Assembly (NCBI GenBank): GCA_050951325.1
Contig: JBMNIW010000012.1
Span: forward strand, 704,001-768,000
DNA length: 64,000 nucleotides
DNA from: Clostridia bacterium
Lineage (GTDB): Bacteria; Bacillota; Clostridia; UBA1212; DUPL01
Direction of reading: 5' to 3'
The position numbers and the translations under genes were made by a program. How positions within the stretch are numbered: position 1 is the stretch's first letter; each line of letters opens with the position of its first letter. Under the pieces are notes generated by a model. That model ran no database searches. It was not told the origin of the DNA and saw only the letters and a program-made list of their open reading frames with translations. This document shows positions 41,021 through 51,109 of this stretch, one piece after another.

Positions 41021-43537
41021 TTGAAAGTTCGAAAGGTTTTGATATTGATTATGTGTATATTGTCATTTGCCTGCGGCATGCTTATGGCAGGAGCTGATTC
41101 ATCCGAGAGTAAATGGATAAAATTGAGTTCACCATATATAGTGAAAGAAAACGAGGGGGATATTGACTATTTGTATGTGGTGGGAGGTTATCATTCCATT
41201 GACAGTGGAACAGAAATCTGGGGTACTGCCAATTACAGCGATATAAGACTCATTGGAGACAAAATGGGGGAAATCGTAATAACTTATGAAAACGGCACGG
41301 TGGACAGGGTTCCACTCGTGTTTGGATATACTCTTTGGTATTACAACAACTGGAAAACCTTCAAGGCACCTTTTGACGGACCTGAGAAGGATGAAAAAAT
41401 GGCAAATCTGCTCAAAGAGGCATTACATCTTTATGGAGCTGTTGAAGGTAATGAAAAGTGCGTTCTAAAAATAAAGTTAAGGGATGAAAAGGTTGCAAGG
41501 ATTGAGATAGAAGATAACAAGGAAAAGAACGGCAAACCCGAAATTGCAGGAGCGTATATAGTGTCGGGAGATGTTGGGCAGCTAACAGGAGGCAGTGTTA
41601 ATGTAGATACAAAGGTTGATTTTTTTGAGAAGTATGTGATTGACTCGCAGAATCCATATCCAGACAATGTAAAAAATGCCATCGAGGAAATAAGGAAGGG
41701 TTTGTATACATTTGATGAGGATTATGCAAAAGAACCAATACCATATGAATATGAGAAAAACCACTCTGGAATAAAAGTGCGTTTTTACGGCAACAACCTT
41801 GCCAGAATAGCAAGCGGAGTATTTTATCACAACTTGAAGGACCTGTCTGAAAGAGTCGACGAGAATGGACTTTTGCATGAATCATACAAGGATTCACCAC
41901 TGTACCATGACAGTTTCGGGACCTGGCAGCCGGGAGTTGCCCCCTATTACAACATGTTTTTCACCCGCAACAGGAGTTTCACTGTTCTTACAGCCTTTGG
42001 GTACAAAGACCTTGCCGACAGGGCTGTTGGTTATGCGAATAAAAAGATGATGTTTTTCAGAGAAAACAAACTGACTATCGGAGGAGTTCAAATTCCCGGT
42101 CACTTTACAGTTACCATAAATGATCCCATGTACTATTCTGAAACACTGGTGCCAATAGGATGGCCAACTGTATACACAAAAAAGGCTTTTGGTGATGAAT
42201 ACAAGAATCTTGGCAATCAGGAAACTGATGGTCATGGACTCATGATGATTGGCAACTACAATGTCTGGAAATCGTTAGGTAAACCCAGGGAATGGGTGGA
42301 GAATAACTGGGTTTACATAAATGAAGCCTGTGAATGGATACTTTGGTGTTTTGATAATCCCAAACTGTCTTTTGCAAGAAAAGGACTTCTTTTTGCAGAG
42401 TCGGAAGGTGGTATGCAGGAGTACACTTTGTACTGCAATGTACCATGCTATCTTGGACTTCTCTGCTATGCTGAAATGGCTGATGCAATTGGAAAGCAGG
42501 ATGCTGCCGCATTATGGAGAAAGACTGCGGAAACCATGAAAGAGGGTATTGAGTCATACATACTTAATACCAAGTATAACAAATGGTCTTTGCATTCCGG
42601 CAGGATTGGCTTCATGCACGACCCTGTATTATCCATGTTGGCAGATGTGTACGGATTTGACAAGGCAGACATTCCACAACAGGATTGGCTTGAGTATTCA
42701 TTAAATACCTACCCTGATGACATAAAGTCTGTTTCAATATACAATTACCATGGTGGAGTTGGAGGGCTGGGATACAATCACTGCATTATGACACAAAATG
42801 CCCTTCTTACAGACCATATGGCAGATGCTACAAAACTGGTTGAGAACCTCACAAAAATCTGCTATGCGCCAGGCAAAGACAAACCATATCTGGCACCTGA
42901 GAAGTTTACTTACGATTCCCAAAATGGCCTGTACTTGAAAAACGGAGACCTTGGCAACCTTTATCAGCTGGTGGAAGCGTTGAGGTGTTATCATACTGTA
43001 ATGGGAGTTTCCGTTAATAATGATGGTGTGTTGAAAATCTTCCCAAGACTGCCATATGAGTGGGGAGTTGAAATTGCTCAAATGCCGATCGAGCGTACTA
43101 ATGCTCATCTTGCATTGAACATGACATATCCCAAAGATGGCGTGCAATTGGCCGTTCTTCAGTTCTCTGAAGAGAATGTGGTTGAAAAGGCAAAAGCACG
43201 TTTTGGACCATTCCCTGCAGACACCACAGTCTGCAAGGTTCAAATCAACGGTCAGGAAGTTGATTGCGAACTCTTTGAGTCAGGAGACAGCAAATGGGCA
43301 ATAGTGGAATTTAGCCCGTCTAAGAGAACAGACATTGCCGCATTATATTCTACAGATTCCAATTTGCCTCAAGGTCCTTTCAACTGGCCTGAATTTGAAC
43401 TTGTAGATGGCTACAAAGCAAAAACAGACGAAAAGTCCGGAGTGTCGCTAAACACTTATCTTGCGATAGCCGTATTGGCCTTATCGGTTGTATTTCTTGG
43501 AGTGGTGGTGTATAAAAAGAAGAATGGTTTGATATAA
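41021..43537 (+). CDS. Secreted, C-terminally membrane-anchored six-hairpin-glycosidase-like protein (paralog 1)
   Basis: GGAGAG RBS with TTG 41021, signal peptide, GNQETDGHG, AESEGG, TLYCN and DLGNL motifs, TM plus KKK tail. Confidence 0.65.
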   Translation: MKVRKVLILIMCILSFACGMLMAGADSSESKWIKLSSPYIVKENEGDIDYLYVVGGYHSIDSGTEIWGTANYSDIRLIGDKMGEIVITYENGTVDRVPLVFGYTLWYYNNWKTFKAPFDGPEKDEKMANLLKEALHLYGAVEGNEKCVLKIKLRDEKVARIEIEDNKEKNGKPEIAGAYIVSGDVGQLTGGSVNVDTKVDFFEKYVIDSQNPYPDNVKNAIEEIRKGLYTFDEDYAKEPIPYEYEKNHSGIKVRFYGNNLARIASGVFYHNLKDLSERVDENGLLHESYKDSPLYHDSFGTWQPGVAPYYNMFFTRNRSFTVLTAFGYKDLADRAVGYANKKMMFFRENKLTIGGVQIPGHFTVTINDPMYYSETLVPIGWPTVYTKKAFGDEYKNLGNQETDGHGLMMIGNYNVWKSLGKPREWVENNWVYINEACEWILWCFDNPKLSFARKGLLFAESEGGMQEYTLYCNVPCYLGLLCYAEMADAIGKQDAAALWRKTAETMKEGIESYILNTKYNKWSLHSGRIGFMHDPVLSMLADVYGFDKADIPQQDWLEYSLNTYPDDIKSVSIYNYHGGVGGLGYNHCIMTQNALLTDHMADATKLVENLTKICYAPGKDKPYLAPEKFTYDSQNGLYLKNGDLGNLYQLVEALRCYHTVMGVSVNNDGVLKIFPRLPYEWGVEIAQMPIERTNAHLALNMTYPKDGVQLAVLQFSEENVVEKAKARFGPFPADTTVCKVQINGQEVDCELFESGDSKWAIVEFSPSKRTDIAALYSTDSNLPQGPFNWPEFELVDGYKAKTDEKSGVSLNTYLAIAVLALSVVFLGVVVYKKKNGLI

Positions 43538-43554
43538 GTTGCAAGTTAACCCTT

Positions 43555-44529
43555 ACAGAGTTAGCGACAGATAATTCATATGAAAAAAGCTCGAAAATAG
43601 CCTGTAACAATCATGTTTCACGGCAAAGTGTAATGAAAAAGACTAGAGCAGCGAAGAATTATGAGCTTGAGAAAGAACCTGAAAGAAGAGAAGTAAAAGA
43701 GATACATATTCAAGTTGATGAAGATCATGTTGCGATGCAAAACGGAAAGAGTTCAATTGTAAAACTGGCTGTTGTCCATGAGCCTAGAAAGCAAATTAAA
43801 AGCAAAGCCATTTTACCTAATAAGATGCATTTTGCTAGCCATAAAGATAAACCAGAAGATTTTTGGTGCAAAGTGTCAGAGGGCATTATTGAGCGATATG
43901 GCAACCGCGATGACTTGAAGGTATACATTCATGGCGATGGTGCATCCTGGATAAAAACAGGACTAGAATGGATTCCTAATAGTGTCTTTATACTTGATCG
44001 GTTCCATGTACATAAATACATAAATAAACTTAACGACTTCAAATATATCAATCAAACATGGCAATATTTGCGTCGCGAAAACTACAATGATTTAAAAGTG
44101 TTTTTATACACGCTAGTTGCTAATGATGAGATAGATGAAAAGACAGGAAGCGAAATATATAGCTATTTAAGGAATAATAGAGAAGGGATTAAGAATTTAT
44201 TGACTCTGCCACCTAATACTGTTAAATCATGTGCAGAAGGGTTAGTAAGCCATGTTTTGTCTGATAGGTTAAGTAGAAAACCGCTCGCATGGAGCGCAGA
44301 AGGATTAGAAACAATTACTCAGCTAAGGATGTATTTGCTTAACGGAGGAGCGCTCGAAGAAAAGCATTTTGTGCAGACAAACCCATCGGTAGAAAAGCAT
44401 AAATCAAAGGTAATTGAGATGCGTAAGCGTCTAGCTCCGCCTACTTATTATATGAATTTTGATATAAATAAATATATACCGCGAAAAAAAGACAATAAGT
44501 TCCTTAAATCGCTTGCACATATTTCTTAG
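43555..44529 (+). mobile_element. 5'-truncated ISLre2-family (UPF0236) transposase
   Basis: VDEDHV, GDGASWIK, LDRFH and CAEGLVSHVLSDRL DDE-type motifs; frame open upstream of ATG 43633 with no RBS. Confidence 0.8.
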
Positions 44530-44779
44530 TTGTCTTTAATGGAAATTTAAAACGTCCGAGTAAAGGCGAAAATGCTTATATTCAACGTCTGATTGCATTA
44601 AATAGATATCAAAATTTTGTTTGTCTTTATAGCCACTTCTATATGTGGTTATTTTGGGCTACCAAAATAACAATTGGCTTTTTACAGCTCAGTACTTAAA
44701 CTCGCTAAATTCCCTCTTTGTATCAATTTTTAGCAGATGCTCCGAGATTGAATCTCTTAGGCATAGGATGAGGGCGGGG

Positions 44780-44922
44780 TCTGATATGCTAAAATGTTAA
44801 TTAAAGGGCTCTTGTGGTTTTATCCTTGTATCAATCTTCCCTTCAGCCCGTCGATGCTCTCGTTTAGCATATCAGAAGAGCCAAGTCAAGAGAAGAAACG
44901 AAGTGGCTCTTGACTTGGCTCT
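44780..44922. repeat. Two long adjacent inverted repeats downstream of the transposase
   Basis: TCTGATATGCTAAA (44780) / TTTAGCATATCAGA (44863-44876); GAGCCAAGTCAAGAG / CTCTTGACTTGGCTC (44878-44921). Confidence 0.85.
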
Positions 44923-45140
44923 ACCAACCGGACTTGAAGTAATGCAATGAATATGCTCTTGCAGGTTAATTTACATCGTGATATACTGTAAGCATCACAA
45001 AGTATTAAGCATATTTAAAGGGTCAAAAAAGCAGCTAATACTATATCCTTTAAAGATTCAAGTTATATGTTTACGACTTCCAAAATATATGATATATTTA
45101 GAGAGCTGATTACGAAAGAATTTAATATTGAACAGGAGGT

Positions 45141-45971
45141 ATGAACATGAAACTGAGAACTCTTATTGTCTTTACAGTTGTTGCCATAATGTGTCTTTCA
45201 ATGATAATGGCATCAGCGCAAACAAAAGGTTATGTAACCGAGGGTCTTGTTGGTTTCTTTGATGGAAGCAACAATCTGGGAAACAAGCATGACAAGGAAA
45301 GTACAACATGGAAGGACTTGAGCGGATCCGGAAATGACATAACTGTAATATTGAATGAAAAATGCAAGTGGAACGACAATGGGTATTTCAATGATAGTAC
45401 CAAGGTTTATCTGCCTCAATCCCTGACAGATTTAATTAACAGCAACGAGTTTACAGTGGAGATTGTATTGAACAATTTTACAGCCAAAGGTTATGAATTT
45501 AATACAATTATGAACTGCGACAATGACAATTTCTCGTTGTTCCGCAGAGTTGCAAACAATGTCATGGAGTTCAAGAACAACACAAATGCAAGACCAGTAT
45601 CTCTAGGCGGAACAGGACTTGACTATCTTGCCTCGAGAGTAACATTGACAATCACATACAAGGTGGGCGGCAAGTCAACCATGTACATCAATGGTGAGTT
45701 GATAGATTCCAAGAATGCAGTAAATGCAATTGGCGCCAATAAAATGTTTTTTGGACATGACAATTCCACAAGAAATTTCAGTGCTGATTATGAGTACATA
45801 AGATTCTACAACAGGGAATTGTCAGCTGAAGAGGTTTCAAAGAATTATAGCGAAGACTTGAAGGCTGCAAATCCTACCACTGGTGTTGCTGCATCATTCT
45901 TCTACATGGCAATAACGTTTGGCCTTGCTGGCGCTGCATACAAGGGTATGAAGAAGAGAGCAAGGATATGA
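45141..45971 (+). CDS. Cell-wall-anchored LamG/ConA-like lectin-domain protein (NPTTG)
   Basis: Signal peptide; YVTEGLV..DG, WKDLSG, FTVE, MYINGE and IRFYNRELSAEEV motifs; NPTTG, TM, KKR. Confidence 0.82.
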   Translation: MNMKLRTLIVFTVVAIMCLSMIMASAQTKGYVTEGLVGFFDGSNNLGNKHDKESTTWKDLSGSGNDITVILNEKCKWNDNGYFNDSTKVYLPQSLTDLINSNEFTVEIVLNNFTAKGYEFNTIMNCDNDNFSLFRRVANNVMEFKNNTNARPVSLGGTGLDYLASRVTLTITYKVGGKSTMYINGELIDSKNAVNAIGANKMFFGHDNSTRNFSADYEYIRFYNRELSAEEVSKNYSEDLKAANPTTGVAASFFYMAITFGLAGAAYKGMKKRARI

Positions 45972-45995
45972 GAATATCAAAATCTTTATAGCTCG

Positions 45996-46028
45996 AAAGG
46001 GAGTCTGCAAAACGCAGGCTCTTTTTTT
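45996..46028 (+). terminator. Intrinsic terminator
   Basis: AAAGGGAGTCTGC-AAAAC-GCAGGCTCTTTTTTT. Confidence 0.8.
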
Positions 46029-46121
46029 GTACCTCTTTTTTATACATTTTTAAGTCTGATATGGTAATCCGTTGACAGTATATCTTAGGTAGAATATATA
46101 CGAATAGTAAATGTACTATTT

Positions 46122-46550
46122 ATGAAAGTTGCAAAAGACAAGTATAATATATATTTCTATGTTAAAACAGTAAAGGATATTACTCCGCCCACTGACGGTA
46201 GTTGGATGATCTTGTTCATATCAACAGGTGAAACACCCTCCTGGTATTCTTACAATTATGTTGTAAACAGAGTGTCTCCGGTTGATTCCGAGGCTGTAAT
46301 TGAGAAGGTTACAGACATCTGGAACTTTGAAAAAATAGGACGTGCAAAGCTGAAAGTGGAAGGCAACCAGATGATGCTTGCGATTCCTCGCAATTTGATA
46401 GGTTTTCCTGTAGATAAGTACAGTGGTCTTATCAATTTACAGTTCAAGTGGGCGGATAATTATCAACCAGGCGATATTCGGAGTTTCTACACCATGGATG
46501 ATGCTGCGCCTTTGGGCAGGCTAAACTTTATCTTTAGTAATATCGCTTGA
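46122..46550 (+). pseudogene. Stand-alone C-terminal domain of the GH71/99-like family (gene remnant)
   Basis: IYFYVKT..YNYVVNR..FKWADN..DAAP.GRLNF aligns with the C-terminus of the 15657 gene; no clear RBS. Confidence 0.65.
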
Positions 46551-46935
46551 TATCTTGCAGGGGTGACCGCCGCAAAGCGTCCTCCTATATGGTTGCATGT
46601 GCAGATGTTCAGTGCATAACGAAAATTATGTTGTAAACAGAGTGTCTCCGGTTGATTCCGAGGCTGTAATTGAGAAGGTTACAGACATCTGGAACTTTGA
46701 AAAAATAGGACGTGCAAAGCTGAAAGTGGAAGGCAACCAGATGATGCTTGCGATTCCTCGCAATTTGATAGGTTTTCCTGTAGATAAGTACAGTGGTCTT
46801 ATCAATTTACAGTTCAAGTGGGCGGATAATTATCAACCAGGCGATATTCGGAGTTTCTACACCATGGATGATGCTGCGCCTTTGGCAGGCTAAACTTTAT
46901 CTTTAGTAATATCGCTTGATATCTTGCAGGGGTGA
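46254..46935 (+). repeat. Near-perfect 313-bp direct duplication (46254-46566 and 46624-46935) with a 57-bp spacer
   Basis: Copies look identical except TTTGGG versus TTTGG. Confidence 0.92.
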
Positions 46936-47136
46936 ACCATTTACACGGCATAGTTCCATCCTTTACATAGATATCACAAATTAGCAAAGGGCCACAGATA
47001 TTGCGGCTCTTTGCTGTTTGGATACATGTCTATTTTATATTTCTTTCAGTCTGTTTTCTACAACATGATTGCCTTTTTGTTAATATATACTTATCATGAG
47101 CGTAGAATTTATAGAGCTGATAAAGGATGAAGGATA

Positions 47137-49658
47137 ATGAAAAGAAAACTATCTACTGTTACTATCAAATTTGTGGGTGTGGGTGATTATGATATCAATG
47201 GGAACAAACGGAAGTCAATTAAGCGCAAGCAGGAACGGAGAAACCTCCTGGGTCAAGATTCCTTATACTCGCAAAGGAAGAAGTTGATTGGCGACTATTT
47301 GTACCTTGTGGGCGGTTACCACTCCATAGACAGCGGATGCCCGCCATGGGGAACGGCCAATTATGCCTGATATGAGGTTCATAGGGGATGAAATGGGAAC
47401 CCTCCAGCATTGAGTACACAGATGGCGATGCAGTGAAGAGGTACCCTCTGGTGTTTGGCTACACCATGTGGTTCAGGCAGCACTTTGCAGAAGGTGGAGC
47501 TCCTTTCAAAACCGACGAGGCTGTAGACGGGATGAAGCAGCTTTTGGATAAAACCCTTCATCTTTATGGTGGATTTGAAGCTGCGGAAAAGTGTGTTGTA
47601 AAGATTAAAATCCAAGACAAGCCAATTAAGTCAATTAAAATTGTAGACAACAGAGGGAAGGCGGGAAATCCTGTATTTGACGGTGCTTATATTGTAAGAG
47701 GGGATTTCAAAGGCACCCTTAGTGGAGGAGCATTCTCTTTTGAGGCAGGAGATGCATTCTTTGACAAACATGTGGTTGATTCCAAGAATCCTTATCCGAA
47801 TGAAATCAAAGAAGCATTGGATGAGATAAACAAATTTCTTTTAACTTATGAGTATGAATACGAGAACCCTCCTGTATACAAGTATCCTTCATCATATAAA
47901 GGTGTTAAATTCAGATTTACAGGCAACAATCTAGCTGATATAGCTACGGGAGTGGTTGCTGAAAATCTATTCAGCCTTATGGGTCGTGTGGATGATGATG
48001 GAATGATGCACACTTCATACAAGGATGCACCATCCTGGAGGTATGACGGTTTTGGAACCTGGGTACCAAATGCAAATTCATACTACAGTGATTTTTACTC
48101 ACGAGATGGCGGAAGGGCAATAATGACTTTAAACTCATATGGGTATCCAGGCCTTGGAGAAAAAAGTGTCATATTTGCCAATAAAGAAATGATGTACTTC
48201 AGAGAAAAAGGATTGACCTTAAATGGAGTGCAGATTCCAGGCCATTATACGGTTATTGTGAACAAGCCGCTTGTATACTCGACATTCCTGACCGAAGTGG
48301 CAGGCTGGTTTACCAGATATACAAAACAGGCATTTGGCGATGAGTATCAGAACATGGGAAATCAGGAGACTGACGGTCACGGACTTATGATGATTGCCAA
48401 CTATAACATATGGAGAAATCTTGGCATGGATAAGAAATGGGTGGAGGATAACTGGAGAGAACTCAAGGAAGCGGCAGACTTTATTCTTTGGTGCTTTGAA
48501 CATCCAAGGCTTTCCTTTGCAGCAAACGGACTTCTCTATGCAGAGTCTGAAGGTGGTATGAACGCATACACCCTTTACTGCAACGTTCCTTGCTACCTGG
48601 GTCTCATCAGCTATGCTGAAATGGCAAGAGCAGCAGGTAATGTAGAGGACGCAGAAAAATGGGAAGAATGCGCAGAGACTATTCGAAAAGCTATTAGTGA
48701 AAGACTGGCAAAAGGAAACAGATGGAGTCAGGATATATTTGGATTTTTCCATGACCCAGTGATTACAATGATGTCTGACATATTTGGCTACGACTTGAAT
48801 GACATGCCTGAAGACTGGGTGGAGAATTCGAGAAACGCCTATGAGTTGGATGTTAGGAGGATTAGAAACCAGGGTCACTTCGGACCTTCTGGAATAGGAT
48901 ACGATCACTCAATGATAACACAGAACGCATTGCTTCTTGACATGATGGATGATGCAAACAAACTGGTAAGCAATCTGACCAAACTGAGCTATGCGCCTGG
49001 ATTGCCTGAGCCTTACCTGGTACCTGAAGGAATCACTGTTGATGTGGAAAAAGGCATCATCAGACGTCAGGGAGACCTCGGAAACCTTGTACAGCTTGCA
49101 GAGGCATTGAAGTGTTACCACATTGTTTCTGGAGTGTCACCTGTAAACAACGGCAAACTGAAGATAATGCCAAGACTTCCAGATGAATGGAATGTGGAAA
49201 TTACGGACTTCGATCTTCAGAATGCAGATGGCACACTGGGTATGTACATAACATCACCAAAGAACGGAACACAAACTGCTCAGATTAAGCTGCAGAAAGT
49301 GGATCTGGAAAGTGTAGCTCTCAGACTTGGGCCATTTCCCGCAGATACAAAGAATGTAATGGCAAGACTTAATGGGCAGGATGTTGAATGCAGGATTGTG
49401 GAATCTGGAGACAGGAAATGGGCGTGGGTAGAGGTGCCATCAGATTCCATCGAGGATGTTGAAGTTGCTGTAATTTACTCTTCAACAGACGACATGCCTG
49501 AATGGCCTGAAATGCCAAGTTGGGAGCTTCCAAAGAAGAATGAATCAAGCCCGTCTGGCGCAAGCATCAACCAAATATTAATTGGTGTTGTCTCCATACT
49601 GGCTTTGGTATTTGCTGGTGTATTGATATTTGATAAGAGGAGAAGAAAGTCAGAATAA
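47137..49658 (+). CDS. Secreted, membrane-anchored six-hairpin-glycosidase-like protein (paralog 2); several indels in the first about 320 nt
   Basis: DYLYLVGGYHSIDSG..WGTANY in ORF 47137 matches paralog 1 and continues in ORF 47388; same core motifs; TM plus KRRRK tail. Confidence 0.68.
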
Positions 49659-49671
49659 GGGGGGAACAGTC

Positions 49672-50793
49672 ATGCGCAAACTGTTATTAATGACTTTGGC
49701 TTTAATTATTTGCTTTTCGCTTTCTGTAGGAGCAAAAACAGTAATTTTTGAAGATGATTTTGACGAAGGACAGCTTGGAGATTTTCCGCTATACTTCAAC
49801 ATATTTGCAAGTAGTGCTGAAAACTTTGAAGATGAAGGAGATAACGGATACTTCGTTGGTAAATGGATTACTGGTGCATATGCAATATACAATGATGAAA
49901 TTGAAGATTACACCATAACTGTGGATTTCAAGATGCCCCATGGAATAAATCCAGCAGTAAACTACAAAAGAGCAGCTATAATGTTGAGGTCGTCTTATGA
50001 GAGTAATGACAAATCGCTGGAACCTGACAATGGCGATCCGGATAATTCATCATACCTTGGCGCTTCTGGCATATACTTCTACTGCTACGGCACAACACTG
50101 GAAGTAGGGGTACACACGAAGAAGAATGGTGGAACTACTGGTCCTGTAAATGGAACTTCGGAACATGCGGTAAAGAAAGAAGTTCCTGATAGCACTAAGA
50201 GGCTTCTTGGATCGTACACTGTTAGCTATTTGATTGATCTTCCTGAGGGAAAGACTTTTGATGATTTTCTTACTGTAAAGGTAGTGGATGAGAAAGAGAA
50301 GATTTCCTTCTATGCGGAAGATGAACTCATTTGCTTCCTTGAGTTGTCAGATATTGGAGATGTGACCACGGTTATTGGTGAAGGATACTTCAAGGAACAT
50401 GAGGAGGGTATGCCGGTTTTTGACGAACCTTCCTACCAGACAGTGGTGCTGAAGGATGCGGAAGGAAACGAACTTATTAAAGTTGAAGAGGCTGTTGTTT
50501 CTACCGTAGGGTACCTGGGATTTGCCAGCAGGGGATGCGGTTACATGATTGACAATCTGAAAATTGAGCTTAACAAGGATGTAACACCTGAACCTACAAA
50601 AGAGCCAACACCTACTCCTGACAAAACTCCGGCTGAAACTGAAAAATCTTCCACAACGTCTACGCCGTCTAAAAAGGATGAAGGCGAGACGAAAGATGGC
50701 CTTCAAGCGGATGCTCTTACATACGTGTTAATAGCGCTGGCTGTAGTTATTTTGGGCGGAATAGTGTTTGTGCTGTTTAGGAAAAAGAAATAG
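49672..50793 (+). CDS. Secreted beta-sandwich protein with PT linker and C-terminal TM anchor
   Basis: AAGGGGGG RBS, signal peptide, FEDDF...IDNLKI domain, TM plus RKKK tail. Confidence 0.78.
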   Translation: MRKLLLMTLALIICFSLSVGAKTVIFEDDFDEGQLGDFPLYFNIFASSAENFEDEGDNGYFVGKWITGAYAIYNDEIEDYTITVDFKMPHGINPAVNYKRAAIMLRSSYESNDKSLEPDNGDPDNSSYLGASGIYFYCYGTTLEVGVHTKKNGGTTGPVNGTSEHAVKKEVPDSTKRLLGSYTVSYLIDLPEGKTFDDFLTVKVVDEKEKISFYAEDELICFLELSDIGDVTTVIGEGYFKEHEEGMPVFDEPSYQTVVLKDAEGNELIKVEEAVVSTVGYLGFASRGCGYMIDNLKIELNKDVTPEPTKEPTPTPDKTPAETEKSSTTSTPSKKDEGETKDGLQADALTYVLIALAVVILGGIVFVLFRKKK

Positions 50794-50801
50794 GTAATAT
50801 A

Positions 50802-50884
50802 AGGGCTGCCGTTTATTGCGTCAGCCCTAAATTTTTTATTTACAAGTAAAGAATTAGCCCCCAACATGTAAGTTAGGGGCTTTT
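50802..50884. terminator. Two hairpins between convergent transcripts
   Basis: AGGGCTG...CAGCCCT followed by a T-run; AGCCCC.AAC...GTTAGGGGCT. Confidence 0.65.
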
Positions 50885-50885
50885 G

Positions 50886-51032
50886 CTATCTTTTAATGCA
50901 TTTGAGCTGCATTGTTATCAGTTGAAGTTTTGGTTTTCTAATGTTGAATATCCATCGTTTGGTTACAAGTCTTGTTCTTCTTCTTTTCTTTCCACATGCT
51001 ATCCTAAAAACTTTTCTCCATCTTTTGCGCAC
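50886..51032 (-). CDS. 48-aa highly basic peptide MRKRWRKVFRIACGKKRRRTRLVTKRWIFNIRKPKLQLITMQLKCIKR
   Basis: GAAAGGAG RBS 7 nt before GTG 51032; stop next to a hairpin. Confidence 0.6.
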   Translation of the reverse strand: MRKRWRKVFRIACGKKRRRTRLVTKRWIFNIRKPKLQLITMQLKCIKR

Positions 51033-51109
51033 TTGTATGCTCCTTTCAATAGTTTGATCACTATTAATATATGGTAGAAAATCAGGCTGATTGATTAAAA
51101 TAAATGTCT

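Noticed and set aside
46254-46935. Repeat pair as a diversity-generating retroelement TR/VR
   Set aside because: No adenine-specific substitutions (one G indel only) and no reverse transcriptase in the window
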